A stretch of DNA of 64,000 nt. Source: a bacterium UBP13_UBA5359 (lineage in GTDB: Bacteria; UBP13; UBA5359). The stretch lies in contig DHPR01000012.1 of assembly GCA_002410925.1 (NCBI GenBank), forward strand, positions 20,643 to 84,642. Direction: 5' to 3'. Every line of letters begins with the position of its first letter. The first letter of the stretch is position 1. Shown in pieces: positions 63,480 through 64,000 of this stretch. The position numbers and the translations under genes were made by a program. The notes under the pieces were generated by a model that searched no databases, was not told where the DNA came from, and saw only the letters and a list, made by a program, of their open reading frames with translations.

Positions 63480-64000
63480 TCATTGAATCCTCTTCTTCAC
63501 TGTTCGTTTCTCTTTTTCCTGCAGACTGCCTCTCTGCTTCAACGGAGACTCAAACTCCCATTCATGAGCCTCCGAGCGTTCTATAGCCGGCATCAAATCG
63601 GATAGCTTCGTATCCCAGCCGGCACGCCTGGCAGCCATGGCCACCGCAGCCGTGGACAGGCGTATAGATGACAAAACCATATGCAAGCCGGCCTTTCGGC
63701 AGCGATCCTGCAGCAAACGAACCAAAGGACGGCAGCGGCTTAAGCCTCCCATGAACAATACCATACCGCCACCGATCTCGGCGCCGATCCTGATCAGCTC
63801 CTGTAAATCTCCTGCTGCTTGCTCCAGTATGCCAAGTGCCCAGGCATCACCCTTCTCCGCCAACTCTCCTACCTGAGCCGTAAATGCAGCTACCTGGCGC
63901 CTGGTAAGGCCATAGGCCCAATCTACTACTGTATCACGAAAGAGAACCCACTGCTCTGCCTCAGTCAGGGGAGGAGTCTCCCAAGGAAGCGTAAGAGGCA
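63480..64000 (-). CDS. BadF/BcrAD-type N-acetylglucosamine/MurNAc kinase, C-terminal part
   Basis: Frame open to the window edge; VAAF...AEKGDAWALGILEQAAGDL...VLFMGGL. Adjacent to murQ. Confidence 0.7.
   Translation of the reverse strand, partial: PLTLPWETPPLTEAEQWVLFRDTVVDWAYGLTRRQVAAFTAQVGELAEKGDAWALGILEQAAGDLQELIRIGAEIGGGMVLFMGGLSRCRPLVRLLQDRCRKAGLHMVLSSIRLSTAAVAMAARRAGWDTKLSDLMPAIERSEAHEWEFESPLKQRGSLQEKEKRTVKKRIQ

Overview
A gene-dense chromosomal window from a diderm (LPS-making) bacterium. Almost every gene lies on the minus strand. The tamB-bamA-ompH-lpx gene order, strand bias and sigmaH-like promoters suggest a diderm Bacillota-like or related Terrabacteria lineage (inference). Contents in order: (1) an outer-membrane/lipid A cluster (tamB-bamA-ompH-like-lpxD-lpxC-fabZ-DegT aminotransferase-lpxA-lpxB-lpxB-like); (2) lipB-lipA plus a stand-alone lipoyl domain; (3) a regulator-LamG-two giant GH42-like proteins-prepilin (H-X9-DG) operon; (4) an AraC-controlled amino-sugar/cyclitol-type catabolic cluster with two TIM-barrel genes carrying in-frame internal deletions, and a truncated prepilin; (5) housekeeping genes (comF, metK, ahcY, pfkB, NDP-sugar synthase, thiD, SpoIID/LytB); (6) a 16-kb LacI-controlled glycan utilisation operon headed by a second prepilin/H-X9-DG gene; (7) TPR, AraC, murQ and a BadF-type kinase. 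The best candidate novel system is the recurring pilin-associated glycan utilisation locus, with no SusC/SusD or TonB-dependent receptor. I found no rRNA, tRNA, CRISPR or transposase. Family assignments come from motif recognition by eye, with no database searches.
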